Of a stretch of 64,000 bases of DNA, positions 44,586-57,800 are shown piece by piece. Where the stretch lies: assembly GCF_048593235.1 (NCBI RefSeq), contig NC_133619.1:9996454-10060453 (forward strand). Reading direction: 5' to 3'. The DNA is from Sminthopsis crassicaudata (lineage: Eukaryota). Positions within the stretch are counted from its first letter, which is position 1, and each line of letters starts with the position of its first letter. The notes under the pieces are model-generated. The model saw nothing but the letters and a program-made list of their open reading frames with translations, made no database searches and was not told the origin of the DNA. The position numbers and the translations under genes were made by a program.

Positions 44586-47518
44586 TCTCAAAAAAATAGT
44601 TTACTAAGTTCCCCCCCGCAACATTTCACTGTTCACTACGTTTGATAATGGAATTGTACATCATCACAGCCTTTATCTACAGTAGCTATAGCTTGGTCTG
44701 ACGCCCTGGGTGAAACTCCTTTCCTCTCAAGATCAAGTGCCAGCAAATGGCCGTCTCCACTTTTCCAGTCTCCCCTGGCCAAGCAGCTTCCTGCCTCTTA
44801 TCGGTCAGCTGTCATTCCAGGTCACCTTTTCTCCCAGGAACAGCAGGAGGCCTTCTTTCTGTTCCTCCCCAGGACAAGCCACGGCGCAGGTCCAGAGCCA
44901 TCTCCTCCCATCCAGGGAAGGCCCGAAGCCCCGGCCCTCCTGGAAGGGAAGCCGGGCTCTTGGCCATCTGTCCTAGTCTAGCAATGGAGAGCGGGCCGCC
45001 TGCGCCCGCCTCCCCCCCCCAGATTTCTCCTCTTGGCTTTCTATCAGCTTGCTCCTGCTGGGGGGACCCGAGGACCCTCTATTTAAAGCAGGGAGAAAAC
45101 ACGTATGACAAAGTCCACAGGAAATGTCTTCACCAGTGGAACCTCTCCAAGGGGCTGAACAAGAGTTCACTGAAATGGGATGGATCGAGTTCCATGTTTT
45201 TTACTGTAGATTAATCAGAAGGCAAACTGGAAAAAAAAAAAAAAATTAGTGCAGCCAGAGACACGTGGATAGTCCCCTGGCTGTTAAGGGCACATCTGCT
45301 CGTTCAGTCCGCACAGAGCGCTGAGCTTGCTGCGACATGGCACCCGCGCTTAGACCGACCCGGCCACAGGCGCCCGGGAGGGCATATCGGGGCCAGGCTC
45401 ACAGTGATCCGACAGCCCCGGCGCCGCTCAGACTGTCCTTGCCGGGAGGGAACAAGGGTCGCCGTCAGGAGGATAGAGGGCGTGCCCTCTGACCTACATG
45501 GAAGCCGGCAGGGATGGGTTCAAAGAACCTGCGCGATGGTGGCACTTCCCGAACTCCACGGGGAGCCAAGTCCTCCTCTGCAGCCCCTGCTCGAGCCTCC
45601 TTGTCTCAGCACTGCCATCCAAGTTCTTTGGTGGCCCACGGGCAAGTGGGCAGGAAGGGGAAGGACTTGGTCCCGGGAGACCCCACTGCCGGGGCATCCT
45701 TTGCTCTGGCTTCCCATGCCGAGTGAACGGCGTGTGGGGGCCAAGGCCAGCCTGGTGCCTGGAACTGGGGAGGCTCCTGGAGGACTCTGCATTTGGCGGT
45801 AGAAAAGGCCTTCGGACTGTCCAGCGGTCACGCTTTGGTTTTGCCAACACAGAGGCTTGGGTGAGAGAGCAAACCTCTCCCCCTGGGATTTCTGGGAGTC
45901 CTGAAAAACTATAAATACACGAGGGCAAACACATGGGAGAGGGTGGGGAGGCAAACCGGGATGAGCTCAACAGAGGTTGTGACACTGATGGGTGAGGTCT
46001 CCTCCTCCGGGGCCTGAGGTCGCCCCTTTTGCAGCCCTGGCCCACGCCCCCTGCTCTGCTGGGGTGAGACCCCCCCGAGGACCAAACACTGAGGATGGCA
46101 TGAGGAGACGGTGCTTGGGTCTGAGGTGGCTTGGGCCCTTCTGGCCCCCTGACCCTGCAGCCCCGCTTCAGCTGTGCCTTGTGGGAATGTGACACCGCGT
46201 TCTCATCTCCTGCCTGCCCCCGGCATGCGCCTGGGCCTAAGTCAAGGAGCATCTGCCGTTCGCTCTGCACTCCCCGAGCTTCGGGCACCTCTGGCCACGC
46301 TGGGCTTTTCTTAACCTTCCAAGACAGACAGACGGTCCAGCCGGTTTCACGCACATCCAGTTATTTTCGCTTTTCATGTAAAGACACGTGTTAGGAGGAG
46401 AGCCAGATTCAAGACGCAAGATCTGCTTTTTTTCCACCCAAAGATAGAGTCACTTCTCTCTGCTGAGGTGGGGGGGTCAGGCCAGGGAAGTGGGGGTGGG
46501 GAGAGAGAGTGGAGGAGAGTTACCTAACAAACAGGGCAGGGAGGGAGTGAATGAGAAAGGCCAGAAATGGAGCTCCTGGCCCTCTTGGGCCTGCCCAGGG
46601 CCAACAGTCCAGAAGGAAAACCCAGACTGAGTGCTCTTCAGGCCGGCTCGGGCCAGAGTCCCGCAGTCAATGACCGGACGCTTCCTGGGAGATCCTCCCT
46701 GTCCAGAGCCCAGAACGAGGCTCCCGAAGTGCCAAGATGGACAGTGATCGTCATTCGCCGCCTTCCTCTCCCCACAGGCACAGTGGACAGGCGACGTAAG
46801 GCAAGGGGCGACTCGCACAGGGCGCTCCTGCTTTTCAAATGTAAAACTGGGAAGCAAAAAGGGAGGGAAACATCTGCTGCTGCTTCCTCTGGACGGAAGT
46901 CTCTCGATGCCCCCCGTGGGCAGGGCTCCCCAGCATCAGCTGCGCTCACCATCCCCGCCCATCTGTGTCCTCCGTGGTCCGAGGCCTCGTTTTTATCACA
47001 AAGGGACAAGGGCACGTGTGGTGACAAACCCTTCGAGGACAGAAGCTCCCCACACGTGGCTCAGTCTGGCCCTCAGTGATGTTGAGGGAACCCCGAGAGA
47101 GCTGCTCCCCAAGGCAGGGGCAAGGCCGGAGGAGGCAGACTCTAGGACTCCTCGGCAGCCGGATGGTCCCGAGCAGACTGGATTTGAACGCAGACCCCGC
47201 ATCTGTAGGTTCTGAGCCTGCCTGTCAGCGCGTGGGCTCGCTTCCTCTGGCCGAGCGGCGAGCTGCCTTGGCTTTTGTTTTTAATACTCGGCACCGCATG
47301 CTTGGTCGATGGGCATGCGTTCATATAATAAATATTAAATACGAGAAGGAAATCCACATAGTGAGGGGGGAACAAAACAGGATGTGAGGGGACGTTACAT
47401 GGTGGTGGAGGAGACAAGCCAGGGAGAGGGACCAGGGTGAGGTACGCCGAGGGGCGTTGGGGATCCGGGCTCTGGGTGCCCCCGCAGCCCCCTCGGGCCG
47501 GCCACGGCGTCAACTGCC

Positions 47519-47629
47519 TCAGTCCAAGAGCCGGCGCTCGCACAACTCCTTGTAAATCCTTCTCCGGACGCGTGGCATGTCTTCTTGGGAGAACTGGAAG
47601 GGTCGCTCGAAGGCCAGGCACTTGCAGTA
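47519..47629 (-). CDS. SENP5: SUMO protease SENP5, last coding exon (YCKCLAFERPFQFSQEDMPRVRRRIYKELCERRLLD*)
   Basis: C48 peptidase C-terminus; tttcAG acceptor; TGA 47519-21. The spliced CDS totals 2184 nt = 727 aa. Confidence 0.97.
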   Translation of the reverse strand, partial: YCKCLAFERPFQFSQEDMPRVRRRIYKELCERRLLD

Positions 47630-48018
47630 CTGAAAAAAGCAGCCCCCAAACTCAGAGTCCCCCCCTTGCCTGAGTAGCCCCTGGGCGCCCCTGCTGCTCA
47701 CAGTGCCCGCTCTGCGCAGCTTTCCCCAAACCCAGCTGACTTTGGGTGGACCGCACCACCCGCAGGGCTGCCTGTCCGCGTCCTGGCCCCGGGGGCCGCA
47801 GGGCCGAGCAGGGGACCCCCTCAGAGCCACCGAAAGGCTGAGCCTCGGAACTCTGGACATCTGACAGAAAAGGAGCAAACACTCTCTCATCCTTGTTACT
47901 GGCTAAGGGTGAAAACTGGCCGTGAGCGATGCTTCCTGTCCTTCCGAAGGAGCAGGGGACCCCCCACAAACACCCGACTCCCCTGGGCCTTGGCGGAGGT
48001 CTGAGGGGGGCCGCTTAC

Positions 48019-48069
48019 CTGGAGCACAAAGACTCCACAGTCGCTGTCGTTTTTCTGTTGTGGAATGCA
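48019..48069 (-). CDS. SENP5: SENP5 exon (CIPQQKNDSDCGVFVLQ), containing the catalytic Cys
   Basis: QxNxxDCG motif; AG acceptor, CAG|GTAAGC donor. Confidence 0.98.
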
Positions 48070-49140
48070 CTGGGGAGTGGGAGGAGAGAGGAGCGTGACT
48101 CCAGCGGAACCGGGCCCCAAGCTTCCAGGTGAGAGCCACCCGCTCTTTTGGGGACCCCCCCCACTGGCTCTTTCCCGGGCCGGCCCCCCACCGCTGATCC
48201 TCAGCTAAAGACCCTCGAGGGAGAGCTGAAGCCTTGGCTCCGTGTGGACCCCGAGCATCAGGGGAGCCCCCACTCCAGGCTGCCGGCCTTTAAGGGCCCG
48301 CTGTGAGCACTGCACTCAGCAAAGAACAGGACCCGCACTACTGCAAAGCCCCCGTCCCAGTCACAGCCCCCAACCTTTCGGACCCTCAGAAAATCCTGCA
48401 CAATAGAGGAGGGGTGCAGGTCCCTCTCCCCCAGCAAGCTGGAACCTGGCTGCTGCCCCCACAGCTTCTCCTGCGCATGTAAGGCACTAATGGGAGACTA
48501 ATGGGACGAACGCCGCCGCCCCCCAGGAAGGCCAAGCCAGGTTTCATGGCTGGGCCTGCAATAGGCTGGAATGGGGGCGGGGCCTGGCCCTGGCTCCTCC
48601 CTTCCCCCCTCCTTCATGGGGAGAGGGCTTTCCATCTTCCCAGCCAAGGGGCCCCCAACCCAGCCAGGGGGGCCTGACCTCTGAAATGGGAGTTTGACTC
48701 CACTGGAAGAGAGACCACAGCCATGCCCTCTAAAGCTTAGCCAAGGAACCCCAAAATAGGGAGGGGTCCCAAGGAGCACAGACAAGATCCTGACCCCCTC
48801 TCCAGAGGGGCCTTAGCGTCCTCTCTCCCCGCTGCAGTGCACCCCAAAGCCTTCAAGTCCCTTTGGTTGTGGGAGCGAGCCTCTGACCTCGTCCTGTCTG
48901 CTGGTCTAGGAGCATCTGGGAGGGCACTGGGCACACAGGCCTTCCCCACCCTCCATTCTTGCCCCGAGAGGCTCCCAACCAGCCTCGGGAGCATTGGGAT
49001 CATCAGAGTCAAAAGGGTCAAAGGAGCTGACGGAGGCTGCCAGGCAAAGGGCCACGCTCGAGCCTGGGGGCTCCGGGGTGGTGGGTGGGCCGGTGGCCCC
49101 TCGCCCCAAGTGCCTTTTCTCGCACCCGTGGCCCACTCAC

Positions 49141-49224
49141 CTTGGTCACAGCTGTCTGCCAGCCCTGAAGAAACTCGGGCCGATTCTTTTCTCTCGCTTC
49201 CGTCAGCAAATACTTTCGTATGTT
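49141..49224 (-). CDS. SENP5: SENP5 exon (NIRKYLLTEAREKNRPEFLQGWQTAVTK)
   Basis: Matches recalled human sequence; AAG|GTGAGT donor. Confidence 0.97.
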
Positions 49225-49881
49225 CTGAGGAGACAGAAACCCAGACCCGGCCTGTCTGCCTGCTGGCCTCCGGCCCCGCTCCTCCCCGGTCCCTCAGCGA
49301 GGACCCCCTCCACATCTGGAGGGGCACCAACTAAGGCAGTTTGCAGGGGGCCGAGAACGGCTAAGGACTGAAGGGCATCACAACGGCACGGTCGCTGGCC
49401 CTGCAGCTGATGGATGAGGGGCGGGGGCAGGGTCAGCTTGACGAAAACATCTCCTGGCTTCTGGCCATCCCCGAGTGCTCCCTAAAGGCCTGCACTGCCC
49501 CCCCCCCCCGCCTGGAACCCCTGACTACAACATGAGAGGCCCCGGGGCTAGGGGAACCATGGTCACCGCCACGAGGCCCAGGCCCTGAGGTTGGCCCTTC
49601 TTGCACCAGAGGCCAAATGCTCAGTTTGAGGCGGAGGCAGGAAGCCCCCACTGGGCGCCTCCATGGAGAAGGCCAGAGGTTGGAGCCGCCACTCCTGGGC
49701 CTCCAAAGGCTTCACCTGCCACCAGGGTCTAAAAATCTCATCAAGGGAACAGGTGATGGCTGGGAATGGCAGGGGTGGGGCCCAGTGGAGGCCTTGTCTG
49801 CCCCCCCCCCCCAGGGAGCGGGTCCCCCCCCCCCCCCGCAGAGCCTCTGGGCTGTCCCGGAGCAGCGGATCCCTGGCTCAC

Positions 49882-50019
49882 CTCCACACAGAACTTAAAG
49901 TGGATGCCCTGGGAGTCGTAGAAGGAGATGATTCGGTTGGAGAGCGTCACGGTGATGAGGGACCAGTGCACCTCCAGGTGGATGGGGATCAGGAGGAGGC
50001 TCTTCTTGAACAGGTCCAC
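49882..50019 (-). CDS. SENP5: SENP5 exon (VDLFKKSLLLIPIHLEVHWSLITVTLSNRIISFYDSQGIHFKFCVE), containing the catalytic His and Asp
   Basis: HWSL and YDS motifs; canonical splice sites. Confidence 0.98.
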
Positions 50020-50774
50020 CTGGCCGGGGGAGAGGGGACACTCATCACCGCGGATCCCCTCGGATCCCCCGCTCTACACGGACACAGACTCCCCATCTAT
50101 ATATATAGACCCCCCCCCACTCTACACAGATGCACACTCCCCCCCACGTGGTTGCACAAAGGTGGGGTCACTGCCATGGATGCCCACTCCAAGCTCCAGT
50201 CTGGCAACTGTGACGCCCCCTGACCTTGGACACCGGACCCCCCTGTCAGGAGCCCAGCTGTGCTCTCGCTCCCTCGCCCTCTCAGCTGACCTCCCCCATA
50301 GCGCACTGCAGCAGGGAGGGGACCCAGGCTGTGCCGTGCCGGATGCTGCACCTCGGGGACAACTAGCTGAGCTGGAGGAGGCTGGCTGTGGGGAGGGGGG
50401 TCCCGAGATGCTACAGGGGAAGACCAGAGGTCTTTCCCATGTACTGACGGGAGTTCTGCCTGTCTGGAGAGGGAGGGCCCAGGGACAGGTGGCCTTCAGC
50501 CGTCCTCAAAAGGCTCACCCCGGCCCCCGTGGACGTCCAAGACCCGGCCCTCTTCTCCCTCCACGCTGCTTGGTTTGCTGACCCCAACTGCCCTGGAGGA
50601 CTCGCTCGTCACCTCTCGTGGCCTTTGCCCTGACCCAGTGATGCTGAGCGTCCACCCTGGCCGGGCCCCCCACTGTAGCGCTGCCCTCCCTAGTGAACGC
50701 CCCCATCCTCTGAGGAGCACCAGGCCTGGGGGAGGAGCCGAGCCGCCTCCCCGAGGGCCCGCAGCACGGCCTAC

Positions 50775-50852
50775 CTTCTTGGTCCACCTCTTCACGCCAT
50801 TGTATCCTTTGGTTACCAGCTGTCTGTGGAAAAAGCTGTTGAAGAAGTGAAC
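50775..50852 (-). CDS. SENP5: SENP5 exon (VHFFNSFFHRQLVTKGYNGVKRWTKK)
   Basis: FNSFF and VKRWT motifs; canonical splice sites. Confidence 0.98.
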
Positions 50853-51400
50853 CTGAAAAAGGCCAGACGGGAGCGGACATGTTAGATGGACAGCGGCATG
50901 GGAGGCCGAGCCCCAAGCCCCAGGAGGCCGCAGGCAGAGCCACTTCTCTCCTTCATCTGCCCTTCCCAGTGGGTGCAGGCGGCGTGAGCCCCATCAGTGT
51001 GAACTTTGGGCAGCCCTCTCCCACCTCTGTGCAAGCTTGGGGGACCCTGCTTTGACTTCTCAGCCAGAGGCCGGAAGACCAGGCTTCCAAGGCTCTGTTC
51101 CCCTCCTGCCGGACTGATTGGGTTTTACACCTCCTAGGAGGGTCCCTGACCCTGAAGCACCTCGTCCTTTGAAGCCCTGTCCTGCCCCTCCCCCATGGGC
51201 CTCTGTCCCCCAGCTCCGAAGAGGGGCCTTTGGGACTTCCTCCTTCCTCCGGGCTCCTGTGGTATGTTTACACCAGCCCTGCAGACCCTGATGGGTGCCC
51301 CCCAGGGAGCAGGGACCCTCTGAGCCCACTCATCTGCTCCCTTTGGGCAGCCCCCAAAAGATGAAAGAGCAGGGGCCTCCTCTAAGGGGGCTTCACTCAC

Positions 51401-51448
51401 CTTGTCTGGAACAGCGTCCATTATCAGCTCACCATACATGTTGATGAC
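51401..51448 (-). CDS. SENP5: SENP5 exon (VINMYGELIMDAVPDK)
   Basis: 48-bp exon; ttttcAG acceptor, AAG|GTGAGT donor. Confidence 0.97.
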
Positions 51449-51828
51449 CTGAAAAAATCAGACTTCCCGGTCACCTAAGGCAGCAGGAGCACGTCCGGTC
51501 TGGGCCCTGCCTCCCGCCAGCTCCAGCCCCGTCTCAGAGGAGCCCTTGTCCCAAGCCCCGGGGGCACCAGCCTTGGCGCCGGGCCTGGAGGCCCCCCAAG
51601 AGGTCTCCCGGGATGGCCCCTAAGGGGGTTGCATAGAACAGCCTCAGGTAGTCCCCAGTGCCTACACACAACAGGTGCCTAATGATTACTGCCACAGGTG
51701 TGGGCCGGTGGCTCCCCAAGGCCGGAGACGGCCTCTCCTCCCCCGCGGGTGGGCCCAGCCGGTTTGAGCTCTTTGTGGCTCTCGGCAGAGGGGAGGAAGC
51801 CCCCCCCCATCCTCATCCCTTCTCGCAC

Positions 51829-51976
51829 CTGGTCGTTGAGCCAGTTCTGCCCGTCCAGCGTGGCCAGGTCGTCCATGTCCAGCATGTGCCTGTTGTAGAA
51901 CACCCGGAAGTTGCAGGTGGAGGACTTGGGGTGCCGGGCCCGGTAGTTTGTAATCTCCCGGTTGATGAATGGCTTT
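51829..51976 (-). CDS. SENP5: SENP5 exon (KPFINREITNYRARHPKSSTCNFRVFYNRHMLDMDDLATLDGQNWLNDQ)
   Basis: WLNDQ motif; phase-consistent junctions. Confidence 0.97.
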
Positions 51977-52130
51977 CTGAAACACAGGGAGGGAGGAGTG
52001 AGAGGGGAGGAAGGAGGGAGCTCCCGAGCCCCCTTTTGGCCGATTGGGGGAGACTCTTCAGACCCAGGGCTCGGGCAAACAGACGGGACGCCCAGTTTCC
52101 CAGGACTCCCAGGGATCCCTCTCTACAAAC

Positions 52131-52236
52131 CTATTGGAAAAGTCTTCGTTGAAGACCTCTTTCAATCTCCCGAGAACGTCTTTCTCACAAAGGGGAACCA
52201 AGCTGCCATATTTCTTCATCACCTCATCCAGGAACC
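52131..52236 (-). CDS. SENP5: SENP5 exon (GFLDEVMKKYGSLVPLCEKDVLGRLKEVFNEDFSNR)
   Basis: Matches recalled human sequence; tttAG acceptor, AG|GTTTGT donor. Confidence 0.97.
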
Positions 52237-53429
52237 CTAAAGATACACAGGGAAGACTCTTAAAGATGAAGTGAGGAGATGCCCGTACTGAAGTCGCCCA
52301 AAGACGGTGATCTCTGACCTCTGAAAACATCTCCAAACTGGTGCTTTCTTATCTTTGCTAGAAAAGCCAAGACAGCTGCGGACCCCCGGTACCCGTTACA
52401 CGGGGAGATCCCCGCAACGCTGGCCCCCCAGGCCCATCAGCAGACGGGAGAGGAAGGTTGATTCCCAGGGTCAGCACCCAAGTTTGCTCTCCTGCACCAA
52501 AACCCCAAATGGTTTCAAACCTCCACTAAAACAACCAGCAAATCTCCTCTACAGTCCGGCCCAAATGGACTGAAGAGGGACCGTGGAGGTCCGCTTCCCT
52601 GAGCCCAGGGCCCCCCCGTCGGCCCAAGCCCCAGCCGGGACTGCCGGGAAGGCTTCCCGAGGTCTCCCCCACAGCTGTGGGCTGCCCGGGTCTCCGCTCC
52701 TCCTCTGATGGTCAGGGGCCTCTCCGGTCCCTGCCGTCCCCTCTGAGCCTTCCTTGGCACACTGCGTCTGGGACGCGGACACCTGAGCTGAACAAGCCCT
52801 GGGCCAGTCCGTGAAGCTCCCTTTTTGAATGGTGAGCTCGGGGTTTGGGAAGAGGGGGGCCCGTCTACTCAGATGGAAAGCCTCCCACAACTTCAGAGTT
52901 CAGGGTCTGGGAGCAGCTGCCCCAAGGCCCGCAGCCCTCGCGGAACCTGGCTCTCGGCCCGCTCTGTGGGGGCAGGACCCGGGTGGTTCCCAAGGCCTCC
53001 AGCACACAAGGGAAGGGGGGTCCAGCGACGGCAGCCCAACCCAAGGGAGGACCCCTTAATCCAGAGCTGGGCCCTTCCTCCTGACCTCGGGGAACCAGGG
53101 CTCTGGGTCAGTCCCAAACCAGGCTCACTGACCATGAGGGGATCACACTTCCTCACAGACCCTCGGCCCACCCAAAGCCTTGGGAGCTGGGGGACCAGGA
53201 GAGGCTGCAGGGGTTCTAATGTCTCCAGCAGCTGTGGAAACAAGCGGGGGCTTCCCATGAGATCTCAGGCGGAGGCCTGAGAGGCCAGGCTGAGCGCTGG
53301 GCATGGGGGGAGGGCGGAACTTCTGGAGGGAAGGGACACAGTGGGAAGCCCAAGGCCCCCCCATCCTGGGGAAAGGCAGGGAGAGCCCGAGGGCCCCCGG
53401 TCCTGGGGGAGGGCGGCCAGCGTACGTAC

Positions 53430-54849
53430 CACAGAGGCAGGAGGACAGTTCTTCGTCCTTCACAGAAGACGCCTTCTGAGTGCTCTTTCCACCTCCCACC
53501 TGCCGCCCCCCCTTGAGGCCCGTGGGCTGCGAGGGAGCCTCCAGGGGGTTCTTACAGTACGGGTGGTCCAGTAACTTGGCACTGAAGATGCTGCGGGGGC
53601 GGGGAGCCTCTGGCTCCATGGGGTCCGGGCCCCCCAGGTCCTGCTCGGCCCTTGGGGACGCAGGCTCCTCCGCCGGGACCTCGGGCCCGCTCCCGCCGGC
53701 CTCCTCTGGCTGGTCGGGCAGGGGCGGCTTTACCTCGTCCTCCCCGTCGTCCCTCGCCTGATCCTCCGGGCCCACGGTGACGGTTTCCGGCTCAGTTTCT
53801 GAGCTGAGAAGGTCCCCGGGGTGTTGCTCCAGCGAGAGGCTCTCCCCGGTCAGCGCGGCGCTGAGCGACGAGTCCCACTCCTGGGCCAGGCTGCTGCTTG
53901 GCTGGCCCCCACAGGGCTCCGGGCCCGAGCCAGCGCTCTCTCCGGCAGGGCCGCCGCAATCCATCTCTGGGAAGGGGGCCGGAGGGAGCAGAGAGGGGCT
54001 GTTGGGTCCTGAGAGAGGGAGGGAGCTCCGTGCGCCTCCCGCACAGCCCTCCGGGGGCTGCTGCCGATGGTCCCTGGCCAACTTCTGCACCCAGCTCCGG
54101 TGCCGGCCCTGGCGGAGCTTGCACGTTCTGCTCCTCGTCCTGAACCGGGGCGACCGCAGGATCCGGTAGCGGAACCTGATCATGGACAGTTTCTTATACA
54201 GCCGGAGCAGGGACACCCTCCTGGGCCTGCGTGGGCTGGGCTGGGGCCTCCCCGCGATCAGGGACGGCCGCTCTGGCTCCATCCTGTGCGAGTCCAGCCC
54301 CGGGAGGCAGTGGCAGCAACAACCATTTCCCTTGCGGCTCCTCAGGGTGACTAAGGAGGGGCTGGTCTCTGCCCGGCCCTCCCCGCTGGCCGTCCTGAGC
54401 CCGCCGAGATCCTGGGGGTCCGTCCTCTGCTTGCAGCCATTGGCCACCCCCAACACACTGCCCACTGGCAGTCCGGCCGCCGCCTTCCGGAGCTCCTCCC
54501 CTGGCCGGCATTCCTGGGCGGAGCTCTCGACAGAGGCGGGCAGGCTCCCCACGGGGGGCCCCCGGGCGTGGGGGCTGACGGGGCCGGGGCCCGGCAGGCC
54601 TTGTGGAGTGGCCAGGGTGGTGCGGGTCTTGGCAGCCAGGAGTGTGTGGTGGGCCCGCTTCCTCTGCAGCCAGAGGGCCTGCCGGCGGCGCTGGAGGGAG
54701 CGGTAGAGCCTGTGCCAGGTGCTGCGGCTCTCCTGCTTGGCATGGAGGAGGCAGGACCTGTTAAGCCCCTCGAAGCCGGACGCCCACTTCTCCGAGAAGG
54801 CTGGCAGGCGGCCCCTTTTGCCGAGCAGAGTTCTTTGCTGGCCTTTCAT
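53430..54849 (-). CDS. SENP5: SENP5 large first coding exon (N-terminal low-complexity region); the exon begins at 54882
   Basis: Conserved blocks AFSEKW, YKKLSMIRFRYRILRS, LLDHPYCKNPLEAP, QVGGGKSTQKAS; ccccAG acceptor at 54883-84; G|GTACGT donor. Confidence 0.95.
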
Positions 54850-57800
54850 TGTTCTGGGGCATTATGGGGCCCGGGCACAAAGCTGGGGAGAGAAAGAAAG
54901 TTACATTTTAGCACAGGCCCGAGGTCAAGGTCTTAGAGAGAAGGGGGGCCGCGGCCCATCCCGACCTTGGGCCTCCTGGGTCTCACCCAAGGAGAAAGCG
55001 CCTGGGAGACACCTGGGCCGAGGCGGGCGGAGGGGCCCTGCACGGCGCTGGGGCTGACATGAAACGGTCATGCTGCCGGGGTGGGGGTGGGATCGGGGGG
55101 TGTCTGTGGCCAAGGCTCAGGGCTCCTCTCGTTCTGGGGGCAGCCTGGGCCCCGGGATCTGGCAGGAGTCTGAAGACATTAAAATGTAGGAAAATGTGAA
55201 CAAAAGAGAAACTGCCACAGTGCCCAGGGTTCTCTAAGTCACCGTTTCCCCTCCTTGGGGAGGGCTCAAAAGCCCTGCTTTCTATCTGGGTTCCACAGCC
55301 CTTGTCTAGAACCTTAAGTGTAGGAAACAGAAGGCAGGAGGTGACAAAGGAAGCAAACCAGACTGAAGTCGCCACCAAAATGAGAAGCTGGGACTGCAGA
55401 TCGGCCCCGTTTGTGGATTGAGGACGTCACCAATGCCTCCAAAGGTTCCAGAGGGTCCGGGGTGACAGGGCAGGGAAGGCTCCGGCAGAAACACAAGCAG
55501 ATGAACTGAGACGGCAGCCGGATGTGGAGGGGGAAGGGCTGGCCATCGAGAACGAGGCTCCGGCCCTGGCTGACCTCCTCCTGGATGTCTCTGGGCCCTC
55601 TACATCCTCCTTTTGCCCTTGGGCCCCGCAGAGGGAGAGGGTCCCTGCAATGGAAAGCCCTGGGCGGGGGCGCTCCTCGAGGTCAGGGCCTGGCTTTTGC
55701 CTCCCTGGGTCCTTGGGGCTGAGCAGTGACTGGCACACAGCAGGCCGGTCCAGCCAAGCCCAGGCCCACAAGGTGAGCGACACGGTGGGTTCTAAGTGCC
55801 CCCCGTTCATCACCGATCTCCTCTCCAGACAAACCCCTTCACTAATAGCAGCGGGTAAAGGGGAGGCCGAGCCAGGCAAATTAAGGTGATGAGAATAACT
55901 AAGCGCTTTATGGGCACCAGATCTCGCCCAGCTGGGCATCCATCCTCTGTGATATGCCTAAGAAGATTACAGAGCTGCTAATGCAGCTGATGAGCTAAGA
56001 GGATTCTGTCCAACAAGACCAAGACACCGTGATGAACCCCATGTCACGACGGAGGAAGCCCTCCCCCCCCCCGGAATCCCCGCTCTTCGTCCTTCTGAAC
56101 AGAATGCTCTTCCTGGTGTCTGTCGGGCGCGTCCGTCGCCACCTGGGCCCATTTGGTACAAGGCCTGGGTTGCGTGGGCCTCGGGGCAGCAGAAGGGAGT
56201 TCTGCCCAGACAGCCTCCCGAAGCCTTTTCAGACCCAAATCCAGTGAAACGCTCAGAAACACTCGGAGCCGAATCACGAGATAAACAGACATTCAACAAA
56301 GGCTCCTCCTGAGGGCCCTTAATGCCCAACAGAAGCGTTGCTGACCTGCATTGGGGAAGGGAGTCTCCATACCAAGTGCCCCCACAAGACCCGGCGGTGC
56401 TGGCAGTGCCCCTGCAGTGGGCATTACCTAAGTAAAACGCCCAAGTCCCTTCCCTCGTCAGAGAAATCTGGAAATGTGGATCTGAGTAGCGTGCCTCCTG
56501 GGGGACCCCGGGCCCTTCCATGTGAGGGCCCTGCCCTGAGCCCGACAGGAGGCCATTGCGGCAGGATCCCCAGCTCAGCTCCCCGACATGCTGGGGAGGG
56601 GGATTCAGTGTAGCTGTCGCCTCCACGGCTCAGACACCCAGAGATTTGGGGCTCCAACAGAACATTGAGGAGTCTGGGTCCTTTCTGGTCTAACCACTAA
56701 CTATAGAGCAAAGGTTCTCTGGGCCTGGCTCCCTCCTCCCTGAGAATCCTGCCACACCAGGGTGTGGAAAATAAACCAGTAAAATTCCATTACAAAGCCC
56801 CAAAAAAGTCTGTGGCAAAAATAAGTCCCGGTGAAAGCCTCCCCTCATTTAGAGCAACCTCTGAGACTAAAATAAGTAAACAGCAATTGCTAGCTGCCTG
56901 CAGGAGAAAACGGCAGGTCAGATAAGTGGGAACCACGAGTATCTCTGAGCCAAAAAACGTCTTGTTCCTCAAGGAAGACTCAAGAAGCATTAATTAGCCA
57001 TTCACTGGCTAGGGAGAGCATTTGAATTCTTAAAAAACCAAACCCCAAATCCATAAAACTCTTTTCCAAAAAGGAGTGACATTAAACACCGCAGGACAGG
57101 ACAGGACAAAATAAAACCGCCTCCTCTCTCCTCTCCAGTTACGTTAAGGTGAAGCCGGAGCAGGGGGGGGCAGCTCTGGGCCATGAGTCTGGGGCCGGGC
57201 CTGGGGCAAGCACAGGACCAAGGCCTCATCTCTGCTCTTCTTGTCTGGCTCACGTGGCTAGAAACAAAACAAGATGAACCCAATCTGACCTTCCAGTTTC
57301 TTTCTGGAGGCCCCAGTCTCCCATCTTGCCCCGGGCCCCATCTCAGGACGGCTCTTCAGCCTCCCCGGGGCCCAAGACCGGCCCTGACCTGAAGCTGAGA
57401 GACCTGAATTCCAGGGACCCCCGGCTTCACCCCACAAGCGCCACGCTCCGCCCAACAAGCAGGGATTTCCTCAGGGTCTTTTGAAGAATGGCATAACACC
57501 GAACCAAAAAACTGTTCTTAATTATAAATTAAGAAGGGCTGTTAAAAGTCCACCCAAGATTCGGCTCTTTCCCATCATGACAAGTCATTAGCCAAAGGCA
57601 GCAGATTTAAATGAGGATAAGACCAACTAAGGAAGCCCTGCTGCTTCTCCGTGCTCAGCACTTCCCACAGACTTTGGACACCGAATGCAGCCAGAGAGAG
57701 AACTGTGGAGGCTGAATGTCAAGCAGCCCGGAGCAGTCACTCCTTTTTCTTTTTCTCTCTTTTGGATTTTCCCTTTGGTTCTGATTTTTCCCTCCCAACA

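Noticed and set aside
45494-46354. 286-aa minus-strand ORF
   Set aside because: Lies in the presumptive SENP5 3' UTR, has low-complexity composition and no motif.
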